Shown here piece after piece: positions 14,503-27,300 of a stretch of DNA of 64,000 nt. The position numbers were made by a program, and so were the translations under genes. The notes under the pieces were generated by a model that saw nothing but the letters and a program-made list of their open reading frames with translations, ran no database searches and had not been told where the DNA came from. Origin of the DNA: Octopus bimaculoides (Eukaryota); contig NC_068984.1 of NCBI RefSeq assembly GCF_001194135.2, positions 40,299,587 through 40,363,586 of the forward strand, in the 5' to 3' direction. Numbering within the stretch: the stretch's first letter is position 1; the number at the start of each line of letters is the position of its first letter.

Positions 14503-15185
14503 TTATAGATACAATCCATCCAATGAATTTCTGTACCATTTCCATCTACCTATTTTTTAAGTTTCTTTGAGAGGGCTTGGGTCAACCCAATGCTATTGTA
14601 AAAGGCACTTGCACAAGATGCCATGCGGTGAGATTAGACATGAGACCTCATGCTGCATACACATATGCATGAATACATGTGCATACAAGTTTGTGCATGC
14701 CTGTGTGTATGCACATAAGCACACTGATGTTGAATATGCACTTACACTTGTATGTGTGTGGTTATGTGCATATAGGTGTGTGTGTGTGTGTGTGTTTTGT
14801 ACTAGAAGTATGATAATATGCATCCTGTATTCACGTCGTAAAATAGCTGGTGACAGAAAGGTGTCCATCTGTAAAAACCATGTAAAAGGACATCATCATC
14901 ATCATCGTCGTTGTTGTTTAATGTCCGCTTTTCATGCTGGCATGGTTTGACATGAGGTAGCTAGGCAGAAGACTGCATAGACTTCTGTGTCTGTTTTGAC
15001 GTGGTTTATTATGGCTGGTTGCCCTTCCTAACACCAACCACCCTGCAGTGTGGACTGAGTACTTTTTACACGACACCAACATAGGCGAGGTCAGTTTTAG
15101 CATAGTTTTTACTGCTGGATGCCCTTCCAAATACCATTCACTTTGCAGTGTGGACTGGATGCTTTTTACGTGGCACCAGCACTGA

Positions 15186-15530
15186 CTGTATGGTAAGAAG
15201 TTTACTTCCTAACCACATAATTCCAGGTCCAGCCCCACTGTGTGGCACCTTGGGCAAGTGTTTTCTATTATAATCCTGGGCCAACCAATGCCTTGTAAGT
15301 GAATTTGGTAGAGAGAAACTGTGTAAAAGCCCATCATGTATGTGTATCTGTTTGTGTTTGGCTTCCATCATTGCTTGACAACCAATGTTGGTTTAGCAAC
15401 ATATAGAATTAGTGTTCGGGTAGAATTAGTGATAGAATTAGTGTTCGGGTTGATTTGTTTGACTAAACTCTTTAAGGTGGTGCTCCAGCATGGTTGCAGT
15501 TCAGTAGCTGAAACAAGTAAAAGATATAAT
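15186..15530 (+). mobile_element. tRNA-derived SINE, family B (CpG-decayed copy)
   Basis: Head tgtatggtaagaagtttacttcctaaccacataattccaggtcc, body gcaccttgggcaagtg, tail ggtgctccagcatgg...gctgaaacaagtaaaagata. Same family as 19285, 43086, 49097 and 51563. Confidence 0.8.
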
Positions 15531-15847
15531 AGCTCCTCCTATATATANNNNNNNNNNNNNNNNNNNNNNNNNNNNNNNNNNNNNNNNNNNNNNNNNNNNN
15601 NNNNNNNNNNNNNNNNNNNNNNNNNNNNNNNNNNNNNNNNNNNNNNNNNNNNNNNTATATATATGTATGTATGTATATGTATATATAAAGGAGACCACTA
15701 GGTGGACTGTTAATGTGCTAGAAGAAGATCACATGTAATGTGTCTACTAAGACTGAATTGTTCTTAAAGCAAATTCAGTAAAGTAGTAAAACGTATGCGA
15801 GCAGGACAAGTGAAAATTACATAAATATATACAAAATTATCTGCAAA

Positions 15848-15919
15848 CTAGTTTCAAAATTAACATTTTCTTACCGAAAATATCTGTTTTCGGTAAGAAA
15901 ATGTTAATTTCGAAACTAG
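15848..15919. repeat. 33-bp-arm near-perfect palindrome (one mismatch, 6-nt loop)
   Basis: ctagtttcaaaattaacattttcttaccgaaaa-tatctg-ttttcggtaagaaaatgttaatttcgaaactag. Confidence 0.9.
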
Positions 15920-15929
15920 GGCCTTGTTG

Positions 15930-15979
<50 letters not shown>

Positions 15980-17273
15980 GAGTGTCACCATCATGCCAGT
16001 GATGTCCTTCATTTCCAATCTTCTGTGAAAACATGTCTGATTTTTGGGGAAATATTGCCTTATTTGGAAATCGTTGACGGTGTCTGGCCATAGAAAATCT
16101 GCTTTAGCAAATTCCATCTGACCTATGTGAGAATGGAAAAGTGAACATTAAAATGATGATGATGGTGATGTTTTCTTGCATTGGTTTGGCCAATCACAAA
16201 CAGTGGTACATCATCCATTTTAGCTATTTAAATACAAGTTGAACTGTTTTGTCTCTCTTCTATCACCAAGATTTTACTTTGCATCTATGAATAAGCTATA
16301 TAATATCTGTCTGTCTGTCTGTCTGTCTATCTGTCTGTCTCTATCTCTCTGTCTCTCTCTCTGTCTCTCTCTCTGTCTCTCTGTCTCTCTCTCTACTCAG
16401 CTCCCCCTTGGTTGTGCTTCAATAGAATAGAATTGGCTAGCTTAAATCTTATAACATGTTAAGTTGGATGAAAAGTCATTTGCTGATTGTTATTTCTGCT
16501 AGTTCAGAAACACATTATCTGCTTTTCCTGTTTACTACTGGCCAGTATCTATTTCTATACATTGACCTTATAAATAAGAAAAAAATGTTTATAAACACTT
16601 TCTACAATACAATTGACCTTGTGAAAGAAGAAAATATTTACAAACATTCTCCCAATACATAATGCACAGACAAATTTCTATTAAAATCATGTAATCAAAT
16701 AGTTATTTTTCATTTTCGTGTTTTTGTAACCTGTACTTGCAACCCATGTAAGGTCTATATGCTATTGAATTATTATACCAACAATACCGGAAGAGGTCTG
16801 TTTTCTGTTGATATGCAGGAAATGAATGAAAAGTGATATATAATTCTTCTTTTTTCTATGAATATTCTTTTTATCATATAAAGAAATTGTGTATGCTACA
16901 TAATATACATGTATATTTATGTGCATCTGTTTATCTCGATCTATCTATCTATCTATCTATGTATGTATCTATCTATCTATCTATCTATCTATATATATAT
17001 ATATATATATATATATTTTTTATGTGTATATATGTATGTGCATCTTTATATGTGTATATGTATGTGTGTGTATATATGTACACACACCCACACATAAATA
17101 ATTTTGTTAAAGGTATGCTCTATATCTGACTGAAATTAATGTTAAGTCATGGGGGCACACTTTACATTTTATGTGGTATGTTAGAGATGTTAATCAGTTT
17201 TAATTCAGTGTCAAAAGATATTTTAAATTGAAGCATCTACTTTATATTGCTGTCTCTCTTACTTTCTTTCCAG

Positions 17274-17390
17274 TTGTGCTCCCACGCCTGGCTGCAATGG
17301 CTCTTGCTAATAACAGTATAACTAACGAAATCAAAAAGACTGATGTTGCTCTGCAGCTCTTTGAGGCCTACAGCGCCATGTCTTGTTGCT
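17274..17390 (+). CDS. RELCH: RELCH (RAB11-binding, LisH/coiled-coil/HEAT-repeat protein, KIAA1468) internal coding exon, third-from-last
   Basis: Acceptor ...ctttctttccAG at 17272-17273. Reads (x)VLPRLAAMALANNSITNEIKKTDVALQLFEAYSAMSCC, matching my recollection of human RELCH (FVIPHLHKLALVNN...DIATHLFEAYSALSCC). 117 nt, phase 1-1, followed by donor GTATCCTTT. Confidence 0.9.
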
Positions 17391-18207
17391 GTATCCTTTA
17401 TTTATTGATGATTTCTTAATATAATAACTATTACCTATTGTTTTATGAAAAAATACTGTTGTTGTTTTTTTGTTTCTTATTGTTGTTGCTTTTATGATAT
17501 TAAGCTGGTAGTTTCACAAAAACTGCAATGCATCAGACTAAATTACTTATACTAAAAATTAATATTTATCCCTACTTAAAAGTGCATGTAAGCACTCTTG
17601 TTTATCACTAGCAATGTACACAAGAGTGCTTATATGCACCAAAAAACCATATGAGAAGTTCTCTCATGGTAACTATCACAGTATTCTGTAACTTTTGGTA
17701 TTAATACGGCTTCTATCACTAATAATCATTATTTATACTATTTAGTGTTGCTCCTCTGTATTCTGAGTTCAAATCCTGCTGTGGTTGGCCTTATCTTTTT
17801 ATCTGTCTGAAATCAAGAAAATAAATACTAAATGTATTAAAATTAATTTAATCAATTAAACCATGTTTTTACAAATTTCTGGACTTTTATCAGTGTAAGA
17901 CATTATTATTATATGCAGTTAGAGATCACTGTGTGGTCTCTGAATGCATTGTAAATTAGACTGGCATTATAGGGTTTTCAAGTAGTATACCTCTCTTATT
18001 TTCATAGTCTCTAGATGTGTTCCTTAGTGGTAAAATCGAAAAAATATAGAAACAAATAAAATAATCTGTGACATGAGGTGTTTGTTGGCTTTTATGCTTA
18101 GATGTTAAAAGAAAATGTTCAATATGTGTGAGATATAGATGGATTGAGGATTGTTGATAATGTCCATGAATTTTATAATGTCTATTAAATCCTTAATTAC
18201 AAACTAG
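17391..18207 (+). other. RELCH: U12-type (minor spliceosome) GT-AG intron of RELCH, 817 bp
   Basis: 5' splice site GTATCCTTT (17391-17399) equals the U12 consensus RTATCCTTT. U12-type branch site TCCTTAAT at 18190-18197 lies 10 nt before TAG (18205-18207). No polypyrimidine tract. Splicing restores the SCC|F reading frame. Confidence 0.88.
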
Positions 18208-18361
18208 TCATCAATGATCAGTTGGTGCAGGAAGCCATGCTACCTGGATTACGGTACCTTCGCCAAGACTTATCACAGCTTGCTCCTGAGAGAGAGGAGG
18301 TGATGAGTTCTATGATCAAAGAATATGAAGCAAAGCTAGATGCATCAAAATCTTTAGAAAG
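18208..18361 (+). CDS. RELCH: RELCH penultimate coding exon
   Basis: T|TC completes Phe, then INDQLVQEAMLPGLRYLRQDLSQLAPEREEVMSSMIKEYEAKLDASKSLE. Compare recalled human FISEDLMVNHFLPGLRCLRTDMEHLSPEHEVILSSMIKECEQK. Ends AG|gtaagt, a canonical donor at 18362. Confidence 0.92.
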
Positions 18362-20612
18362 GTAAGTGTTATCTCATAGTCTATGTTGTCACAATTTCAA
18401 TGTTTTCATGTGTTGTATTTCTTGAAAATATAGTCTTCTATAAGAGCTGGCCAACAATTGACTTTATCAAATGTAATGGAGTAAAGTGTTAATAATCAGT
18501 TTGTAGTTGTACAATGGTAGATTTTGATATCTAATCATATGTAATATTGTTATTATAAATAATAAAGTCAAAGCGAGTATAAGGTGTGTGTGTGTGTGTG
18601 AGAGAGTGACCACAATAGCTCGATAACAAAGCAATTATAAGAACATTTCTTGATTTGATACAAATATTTTCTTGCAGCTGCAGCCAGCTAATTTCTTAGT
18701 ATTTTGGAGATCTTTCTATGAATGCTAGGAAAGTGAAGTATTACAATAGAGCTGGGTTAGTGTAATATGGTCAAAAGTATTGTTTGAATGAACGTTTGTG
18801 ATCTTAGTTTTGGAAGGAAGCCATGTGTAAGTAAAGAGTATTTACTTGAATAAGTTCTGTAGGAGATAAAATATAGATTTAATGGTAAGTGAAACAATAT
18901 GTGCTGCGTGATCTCTGTGGCTAAAATGAAGCCAGAATGTTTTACAGATCAGTAACCATTATGGTATATGTTGGAAATATGAACAAGAAGACATGACTTG
19001 TTAGGAACCAGAGCTTATCAGTTAGAGACAGTTTGCTTGCAAAGAGAATAGTGTTATTTTGGATATAGTGGAGAAAATCAATGACTGAAAGAGATGTGCC
19101 ATTTTGGTAGGAGGAATAGTTTTCTATTGTTAACACTTGGCCTCTATACAGCAGAATTTACTTACTTTCTCTCATTAGATACTCCTTATACATGTTTTTT
19201 TTTTCCATTTTTTTAATGTACTCATTAGTGTTTTTATTATGGATTAACAAGTTTTTCAAAGATTTTATATATTTTATTTTTTGATTCTTTTATTTGTTTC
19301 AGTCATTTGATTGTGGCCATGCTGGAGCACTGCCTTGAATGTTTTTTTTTTTAGTTGAACAAATCAACCCCAGAACTTATTTTATTTTATTTTTTTTAAA
19401 CCTAGTACTTATTCTATCTGACTCTTTGGCCAAACCGCTAAGTTATGGGGATGTAAACACACCAACACTGGTTTTCAAGTGGTGATGGGGGGATAAACAG
19501 ACACCAAGACACATACATACATACATACATACATACATTTATATATACACATACGACAGGCTTCTTTCAGTTTCTGTGTACCAAATACACTCACGTGGCT
19601 TTGGTCAGCCCAAGGCTATAGTAGAAGACACTTGTCCAAGGTTTCATGCGGTAGAACTGAACTCAGAACCATGGGGGTTGGGAAGCAAGCTTCTTGCCAA
19701 ACAACCATGCCTGTTCCTATATTTCATGTTATTTATTCTTGATTAATAACTGGAATAATTGTACTTCAATTATGTCACTGTTGAGAAAGATTTGAATGGT
19801 ACAACTCTCATGTATCCTTCCATTGAAGTCAATTGAACACATATCCCATTGAATACATAAAATGAAGAAATTGATTATCTATCACATTAAGTTAAAGACT
19901 GATGATTGTGAGATGTTTTACATATGCTAAAAAAAACAAACTTTCATCTAATTGCGTTCTAGTTTGATTTTTCTCTTGATCCTTATCTAACTTTTACACT
20001 CATTACTAGAGGTTACCTTTCTTAATCATACTCATACTATTAATCCTTAATAGAAACAACAAAATTATGATTGAACTTTCTGTTGTTTTCTGTATGTGAC
20101 AACATATTTACTAGTTTGATTACTGATGCTCATAGCTTTTTCCTTTCTTTTGTTTGACATTCTTATGTGTTAGGAGGTGCTATTTATCAGTTTATATTTT
20201 ATTAGAACCTTTTTCAATCTTCAATCATTCAGTTACTTTGTCATTTTGTTTTAGACTTTTGGAAAATTAATTTTGTTTTATCAGTTATCCACCCAAAAAT
20301 GTATGATTGTGTTATAAATATATTATTGTGGTTGCTATGTATAAAAAAACTTGCATCTACTAAAACATTCTGCTGGCTTTAAATGTTCAAAGCATTCTTT
20401 TGAATATCTAAAGTTTTTTTTTTTGAACTAATTTATTTATTTTGATTTTCTATTGCTAAAATACAACAACAAAAAAACTGTACTTTGCAAAGAAGCTATT
20501 ACTTTCACACAAAGATACTCTGACTTAATTTAATTTTGAGTTTGGCTGAAAGACATTTCAAATGTAAGAAAATATGTAATTTTTTCTTTTTTCTCTTTTC
20601 TTTTTGTTTTAG
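18362..20612 (+). other. RELCH: Last RELCH intron, conventional U2 GT-AG
   Basis: gtaagt donor, ttttctttttgttttAG acceptor, phase 2 consistent across the junction. Contains a SINE at ~19285-19718. Confidence 0.88.
19285..19718 (-). mobile_element. tRNA-derived SINE, family B, near full length, in the last RELCH intron
   Basis: Colinear with 43086-43414 (tttcagtcatttga...ccatgctggagcac...gaagacacttgtccaagg...ccatgcctg). CpGs mostly mutated. Confidence 0.85.
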
Positions 20613-20742
20613 GAGTCCTAGTCAATCAGTATCTCCGACCCCTGGTGGAAATGCTGAGGATGTCAGAGCAAGAGTAATGAGCAAAATCAAAGATACAACT
20701 TCAAAGGCTCACATTCCTAATATCTTCATGCGTAAGAAGTAG
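20613..20742 (+). CDS. RELCH: RELCH terminal coding exon (to stop codon)
   Basis: Long polypyrimidine tract plus AG at 20611-20612. AG|G gives Arg in phase with the previous exon, then SPSQSVSPTPGGNAEDVRARVMSKIKDTTSKAHIPNIFMRKK-TAG. The ending resembles recalled human ...ANVFQRKK*. Confidence 0.9.
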
Positions 20743-20888
20743 CCTCTAACTATGTTATCATTCCCAGAATTGCCTCTTTATCTTCTTCTTTACAAATAGA
20801 TAAAGTTGTTAGCACAAATTAAAAAAGAAAATCATGAAATATTAATTAAAAACTTTTCTTTTGTCTGTGAAATAATGGCTAACATTAT

Positions 20889-21170
20889 AATAAATATTTT
20901 ATTCTATTATTAGCCAAAAAAAATCATGATTATATCGAAATATTCAACATATATGGTGGCCTCTACACTTTAAAAAATCTTTTTCTCCATTCTCATATGA
21001 AAAATTTTCTTTGTTATATTTAATGATTTTTTTTTGTTTATTTAACTACTGATGTCTAAGGTAATATAATAATGTAACAATAAGGAAAAGGATAATAGTT
21101 ATGCATATTATGATATAAATAAAACTTAGATGTCAAAAAAATTGTTCCAATAAAGTAATTTGAAAATAAA
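20889..21170 (+). terminator. Candidate proximal polyadenylation signals for RELCH
   Basis: AATAAA at 20889, 21118, 21149 and 21165 downstream of the stop. The region is very AT-rich, so chance occurrence is likely. Confidence 0.3.
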
Positions 21171-21265
21171 AAAGCAATTTCAATTGATTTGTTTCTTGCT
21201 TGACAAAATGATATAGGAAAAGGGCAAAATTATATATANNNNNNNNNNNNNNNNNNNNNNNNNNN

Positions 21266-21305
<40 letters not shown>

Positions 21306-24300
21306 TAGTGGAAAAAAGGGATCATTGAGTAAATAGTTGTTTGAAAGCCTTGTTTTATTTCACTTTTGCTGATTAGAGAGTAACTGTTTAAGAACTTTGG
21401 AAATTAACTCTATATATTAAATTCTTGACTACAACACTTAGATTACTTGAAATTTTTACAAGATTTTGATAAAATTTATTCAGAGTGTTGTATTTTTCTC
21501 CTAAATTGAATGTTCAACAATGTGACACTAATTTACTTTTGTGATCGCATCAACCAGCTTGGTTTAGTCAATACATAAACCATTTTTTTTTCTTGTTCAG
21601 GTTAAAGAAAGCTTTTTTTTTTATAAAAAAAAATACAAAGTCAAATTGCTATTCAAAGTTTACTGTTTTCTTAGGCTTCAGATATAAATGCACACAAAGT
21701 GTATACATATTGGTAGCTATGCCAGGTATCTTAATTCAGACATTTTGTCTTTGTAATAGTTTGAGGGTTTCATTTTTATATTTATTCTGTTTTCTTTTAA
21801 TCACATCTGTATTAGGAAACTGAAATTAAATTACTTTTTGTAGATCCTTATTTAGACTTTGAATATTACCATTAAGTGTCTTTAGAATACATTTCTGCAA
21901 AAAATGAAAAAAATCAAAGAAAGAAAAACAAATTAGATTTTTCTACACTTTTTATGATTTAAAATTTTCTAATTTACCATAATTTTCCAATATTGTCTTC
22001 CCTATGTTTTTTAAAATTAGTATTTGTAGCAATGGAAGTTTTGCACAAACTACCTTTTTTAATACTTCTGAAAATGGTTGTATCTTTTAATTGTACTTTG
22101 TACTCTTTTGTCTGTTTCCATTTATCATTCTACATCGATGGGTTCTATATAATATAGCTAAATTGTGGTTTAATTCTTCTGCTAACCCTTGCTTTACAGT
22201 CCTAAATTCTTATATACTCTTCTTTGGTATCTATTATTTTTTTGTATGATTCTCTATTGATATTTTGGGGGAAATATTTTACTTCTAACTTGGATAAAAC
22301 CAATTTAATCAAGTTTAATTATAAGTTGATACTTTAAACAAATTTCTAAACCATTTTATTAGATTAATGCTATTAACTGGTTTCAGTATTTAAACGTTAC
22401 AAGGGCAGGATTTGGTAGAAATAGTAAAGCCTTTCAGTGTATAGTTTTGTTCCTCTGTTTTCTGGTTTCAAATCCTGCTGGGGTTTACATTGCCTTTCAT
22501 CTCTCCAGGGTTCATTAAAATAAGTACCGGTCACATACTGTGAATACATTGGTTGGTCTATTAATTATATCTTCCCTTTTCACAAATTGGCAATGTGCCT
22601 AGATAAAAAGAAATTACTATTTCAAAGTTAAAAAGCAAAATAATAATAATAATAAACATTTATTCGTTTTTCTTTCTTCAGTTCTTTATAATAACTAAAT
22701 TTTCTTAGCCACTCTTTTTTTTTAATGACAGGGACTGGTAATGTGAACATTCATGATGTAAAATCTACCCTCCCCCTTTTCACTTCTATATGATCATTCC
22801 CTACAATATTGACAGCTGACATTCATAGATGAAATTTTCTCTTTTTTCTTCTTCTATCAATACAGATATTCATTCCTTACTGCAATCAATGTTGACATAA
22901 TACATTGAAACACTTCTCTTAAAACTGAAATGGTTAGTGCATTTTAATAGGAATATTCTGTATGCCATTATTGATTTGTTGTACTGACTGTGGACATTTT
23001 TACTCTCCTTTATTTTTTCCCCTTCATTTCTCCTTTTCTTTCTCCTCAACTCATTAGTTAGGATTTTAAGCCTTAATTTACACAGAGATCAGAACAGTTT
23101 GTGAAAGTGAGCAATCATTAACCATTTACAGCTGATTTTAATGATGCATACTGCAACCTTCAAAATCTCTGCAAGACTATTAATATAGAATCAAAAAAGA
23201 ATTACAATATTGGACTTTTTTTTCCTTTTTGTTTATTAGATGGTTACTGCATCCTCTGCTGAGGTGATATTTTATGGGTTTCACAACCAAGCTGAGCCCA
23301 TTTCTTTCCAGGTGATTTATTGTAAACTATTTAGACCAAAGCAATTTTGTATGACATATTAGGTTTCCCATTTAATCTCATGAACTCAGAATAGATAATA
23401 AATAAGTGCCTGCATGTTAATGCCTTGCTTAATTATCCTCTCAAACTTCCGGATATTATATTTCTATTTATAAGAGACATAGCTCTGTAGATGAGGAATA
23501 ATACAAAACAATGGTTGTCATTTCCTTCATATAGCTATTTTTGATTTGAATGAAATTGTTTGAAGAAAGTGGATATAAATATACACTCTAGAATGGGAGT
23601 TTAAATCATTGTGTATACACACACACACATGCACGTGTCCACACACACATACAAACACACATTCATACACATATAAACATACAAATGCATGCATGAACAT
23701 GCTATATACAATCACATGCACATGTCTGTCTTTATATAAATGATATGAATTAAACATTCTAAGACTTGTGACAAAAAAAAAAATACAAATTTAAATTTTA
23801 AAAAATTATTATTTACTTGAGTATGTACGATTGTATGTTTTGTATGTATGTTGGCCTGCAAAATCTCAGAAATAATATTTGGTTATTTAGTTTTAAGTAT
23901 TTATTCCTTTTAAAAAGTATCAATATCCATTAGTAATTTTCAAAAAAACAAAAAACAAAAAAAAACAAGCTGCTTTTAGATATAGAAATGACTTTTTTTT
24001 TTTATAGATGTTTCAATAAGAAAATGTACTAATTTTATACAACAAAATTGCTGGCTTCTTTTAAAATTATTATTCTGGAATAAAAACATTGAAAATTACT
24101 TTAAAAAAATTATTTCTTTGATTTTTACTCATCTCATTTTCCAAACAAAACAAAACAAAACAAAACTTGGTCCATAGAGTTTTTCTTTCCAATCTATTTT
24201 TCCATTTTCTTCTGTCTATGAAATGTAAACATAATTAAATTGCATTTAAACTTAAATTATTCAATGTCTGAATTTAATTCAAAAATACTAGAAAAGATTA

Positions 24301-27300
24301 AATAAATAGAAAAGATTTGATAAATAAAAAACAAGATGCCTCAAGTTTCTTATACAATAAGGAAAATATAGATTATATCATATTAGTGTTTTGAAAATGA
24401 TTATTGAGTAAAACAAGAAGAGCAATTTAGCTTGTTAGTTGGTACAAAATGAATTTAAGACTTTTACAGTGTTGTACTCTATATCATGACTACTACAACA
24501 ACAACAACAATAATGATAATGGCCAGCATTCATCTTAAGTATTAATGACAAAATAAGATTACTTCTTTTGAAGAAATTAACAAATATACCCTAAATAATT
24601 TTCACAATGTAATGCATTCTTTAAAATACATAGTGAGCATCCAAAGTTCTTAACTGATTTTGTTTAATACAACCAAGATAAAATATTAAAAAAAAATTCC
24701 TAAGATATTAAAATTTCAAATAACACTAATTTAAAGTTTTAATTTTATGAAAAGGAAAATAATATTATTTTTAACTTAGTGGTAAACTGATACAAGTTAT
24801 CATAGGTGATAACTATTTCTCTGGAATTTTGTTAAAAGTGATGCCAAAATTATGGTAGGGGAGAAAACAAAAATCTGATACATTTGCTTCAGATTTGTCT
24901 GATGACAATGTTTAAAGTTTTATTTAGGACAGTGAATGGCAGAATTAGTAGAGTGCCTGACTAAATACTGTCCGATGTTTAGTTACGTCCCTTTACAGAC
25001 TGAATTAAAATTCTGCTTGGGTCAATAAAATAAGTACCAGTAATAAATTGGGTGTAGGTTACATCATTTATAATTCTCTAAAAATCTATGGTTTGCGTCA
25101 AGGTAAAAATACCAATATTTTAATATTGTTTAAATCTATATAACCTTATGTTACAGTAAATAGTGAGATATTCCTACTTCAGTAAAAACAATTTAAACAT
25201 AAAAAAATGACTCGCTATTTGAATTTCATAAAAAAATAGTTGTAGTTTACGTTAAAAATTCTGGATGAAAAAAAAATCAGTCTTAGAGAAAATTGCAAAA
25301 TTGTTCTTTATTAATTTTAGCATCTGGAAAAAAGAAAGAAAAGCCTTTTACCGTACCAAATTATATTATAGTGAATAAGCGATAAGAGAAAATTCTATTC
25401 CAGTTAAAGGTAAAGAAGTACAAATGAAAATAAAAAAGTTAGTTTTCTGTTTTAGTTTTAAATGTGACAAAATTATTTAAAATTAGAAAACTATTATCTT
25501 CTTATCTGTTCTAAGATGAGTTTCCTGCTATGGCAAACTCGTTTCTTATTCATTTAATATCTCACAACTGTTACATGACATAAAGCAAATTATTTTTTTT
25601 AAAACTCATTTCAAACAGATTATTATTATTATGTGATAATTTTAATTAATGACAAAACTACTTTAAAAGACTTTTCAATCGTAGCCTAACTGATTTCAGT
25701 AAAAATAAGTAAATGAGCAAATATATTTCAATTATAAGAAGAATGATCTTTATAAACAAAAGTGTTTCTTTAGAGATTCTGATAAAAAAAACAAAAAAAA
25801 AAAAAAAANNNNNNNNNNNNNNNNNNNNNNNNNNNNNNNNNNNNNNNNNNNNNNNNNNNNNNNNNNNNNNNNNNNNNNNNNNNNNNNNNNNNNNNNNNNN
25901 NNNNNNNNNNNNNNNNNNNNNNNNNNNNNNNNNNNNNNNNNNNNNNNNNNNNNNNNNNNNNNNNNNNNNNNNNNNNNNNNNNNNNNNNNNNNNNNNNNNN
26001 NNNNNNNNNNNNNNNNNNNNNNNNNNNNNNNNNNNNNNNNNNNNNNNNNNNNNNNNNNNNNNNNGGGGGGGGGGGAATTTCCATTTTTCTATGGTAGTAG
26101 GCTAAAAAATTCTTCAAGCAATTTTGCATGACATAGTCTAAAGGTTATTAAAATTTTCTATTGGAACATCTAATATTTACCTTTTTGATAATTCCAGCTT
26201 ATGCCTTGTTATCGATTTTATCTCAGACTGCTTAAAAGTTTTATACTATCTATACTATATTAAAGCTAGCAAGCAAAAACTTGTAATAACATTTAGCCAA
26301 CTACATAGTTTTCAGTGAAAACTTTTTCTATATTTTACGGGTGTACTTTAGGTTAGAAATGGCTTTTACTCTCATGGTTGTCTGCTTAGTTTTGTGGTAT
26401 CTAACTGTATTTGTAGAAGTACACTATTCTTTAGATACAGCTTTTTTTTTAAAGTTTGCTAATATATTTGATACTAAATTTTTACTGGAAGATTTATAAT
26501 ACCTTTGCATACAACATATTGTGTCTTCACATTTAAATTTGGTTTGTTTTACAGTAAATAAACTGGTAATTTAATAAAATTAAATTAACTTGTTGATTAT
26601 GTTAGAAATAATTTAGGGAAGAAAAGACTTCCTTTGATGTAGTAATTAAAAAACATGTAGAAATTTAAATTAGGATTATTAATGAAAGTAAATTAGATAA
26701 TTTTAGATAAATGAAATTTGATTTTAGTTAGTTATCCTTTTGATTGAACAAAGTAAGTATTCTTTAGTATTATTTGTTTCTAAATATAAAAATAACTTTC
26801 TTTATTTCATGTGTGTTTACCATTTTTAGTATATATAATGCTAAATATTACCTGAAGTATGACTTACAGATCTATTTTCTCTTTTGTGTTCTTATTTCTA
26901 AATAAAAGGCAGGTTTATTTTGACCAAGCATGAACACTAAGACTTTTCTACTTGATGGCATATTTGCAAGTAATTCTGTTAGAATTTTATCAACTGACTT
27001 TTAAAATTTCAGAAGAAATTTGATATTACACTCTTGTGTAATATCAAATCAAAAACTGATTCCTCTTTTATATTTTAGCAAAAGACCAATTTTCCAAATG
27101 AGATTAAATATCAAAATAATTTGTATATATCACAGTCCTATTTGGATGTGATTTGCCTTAATTTAGTCTATTAAAAGAATCTTTGAATTAAATTCTTCCT
27201 ATATAAAATTCTCATATATGAAAAACACAAACTTATTATGAATGTTTCTAGCAGATGGACATATTTCTGTTTTGAAATGCCAGAATTATTACTAAAATAT

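Noticed and set aside
17391-17419. ORF-track extension of the RELCH exon (…SCCCILYLLMIS*)
   Set aside because: Read-through into the U12 intron. Homology resumes at 18208, so the exon ends at 17390.
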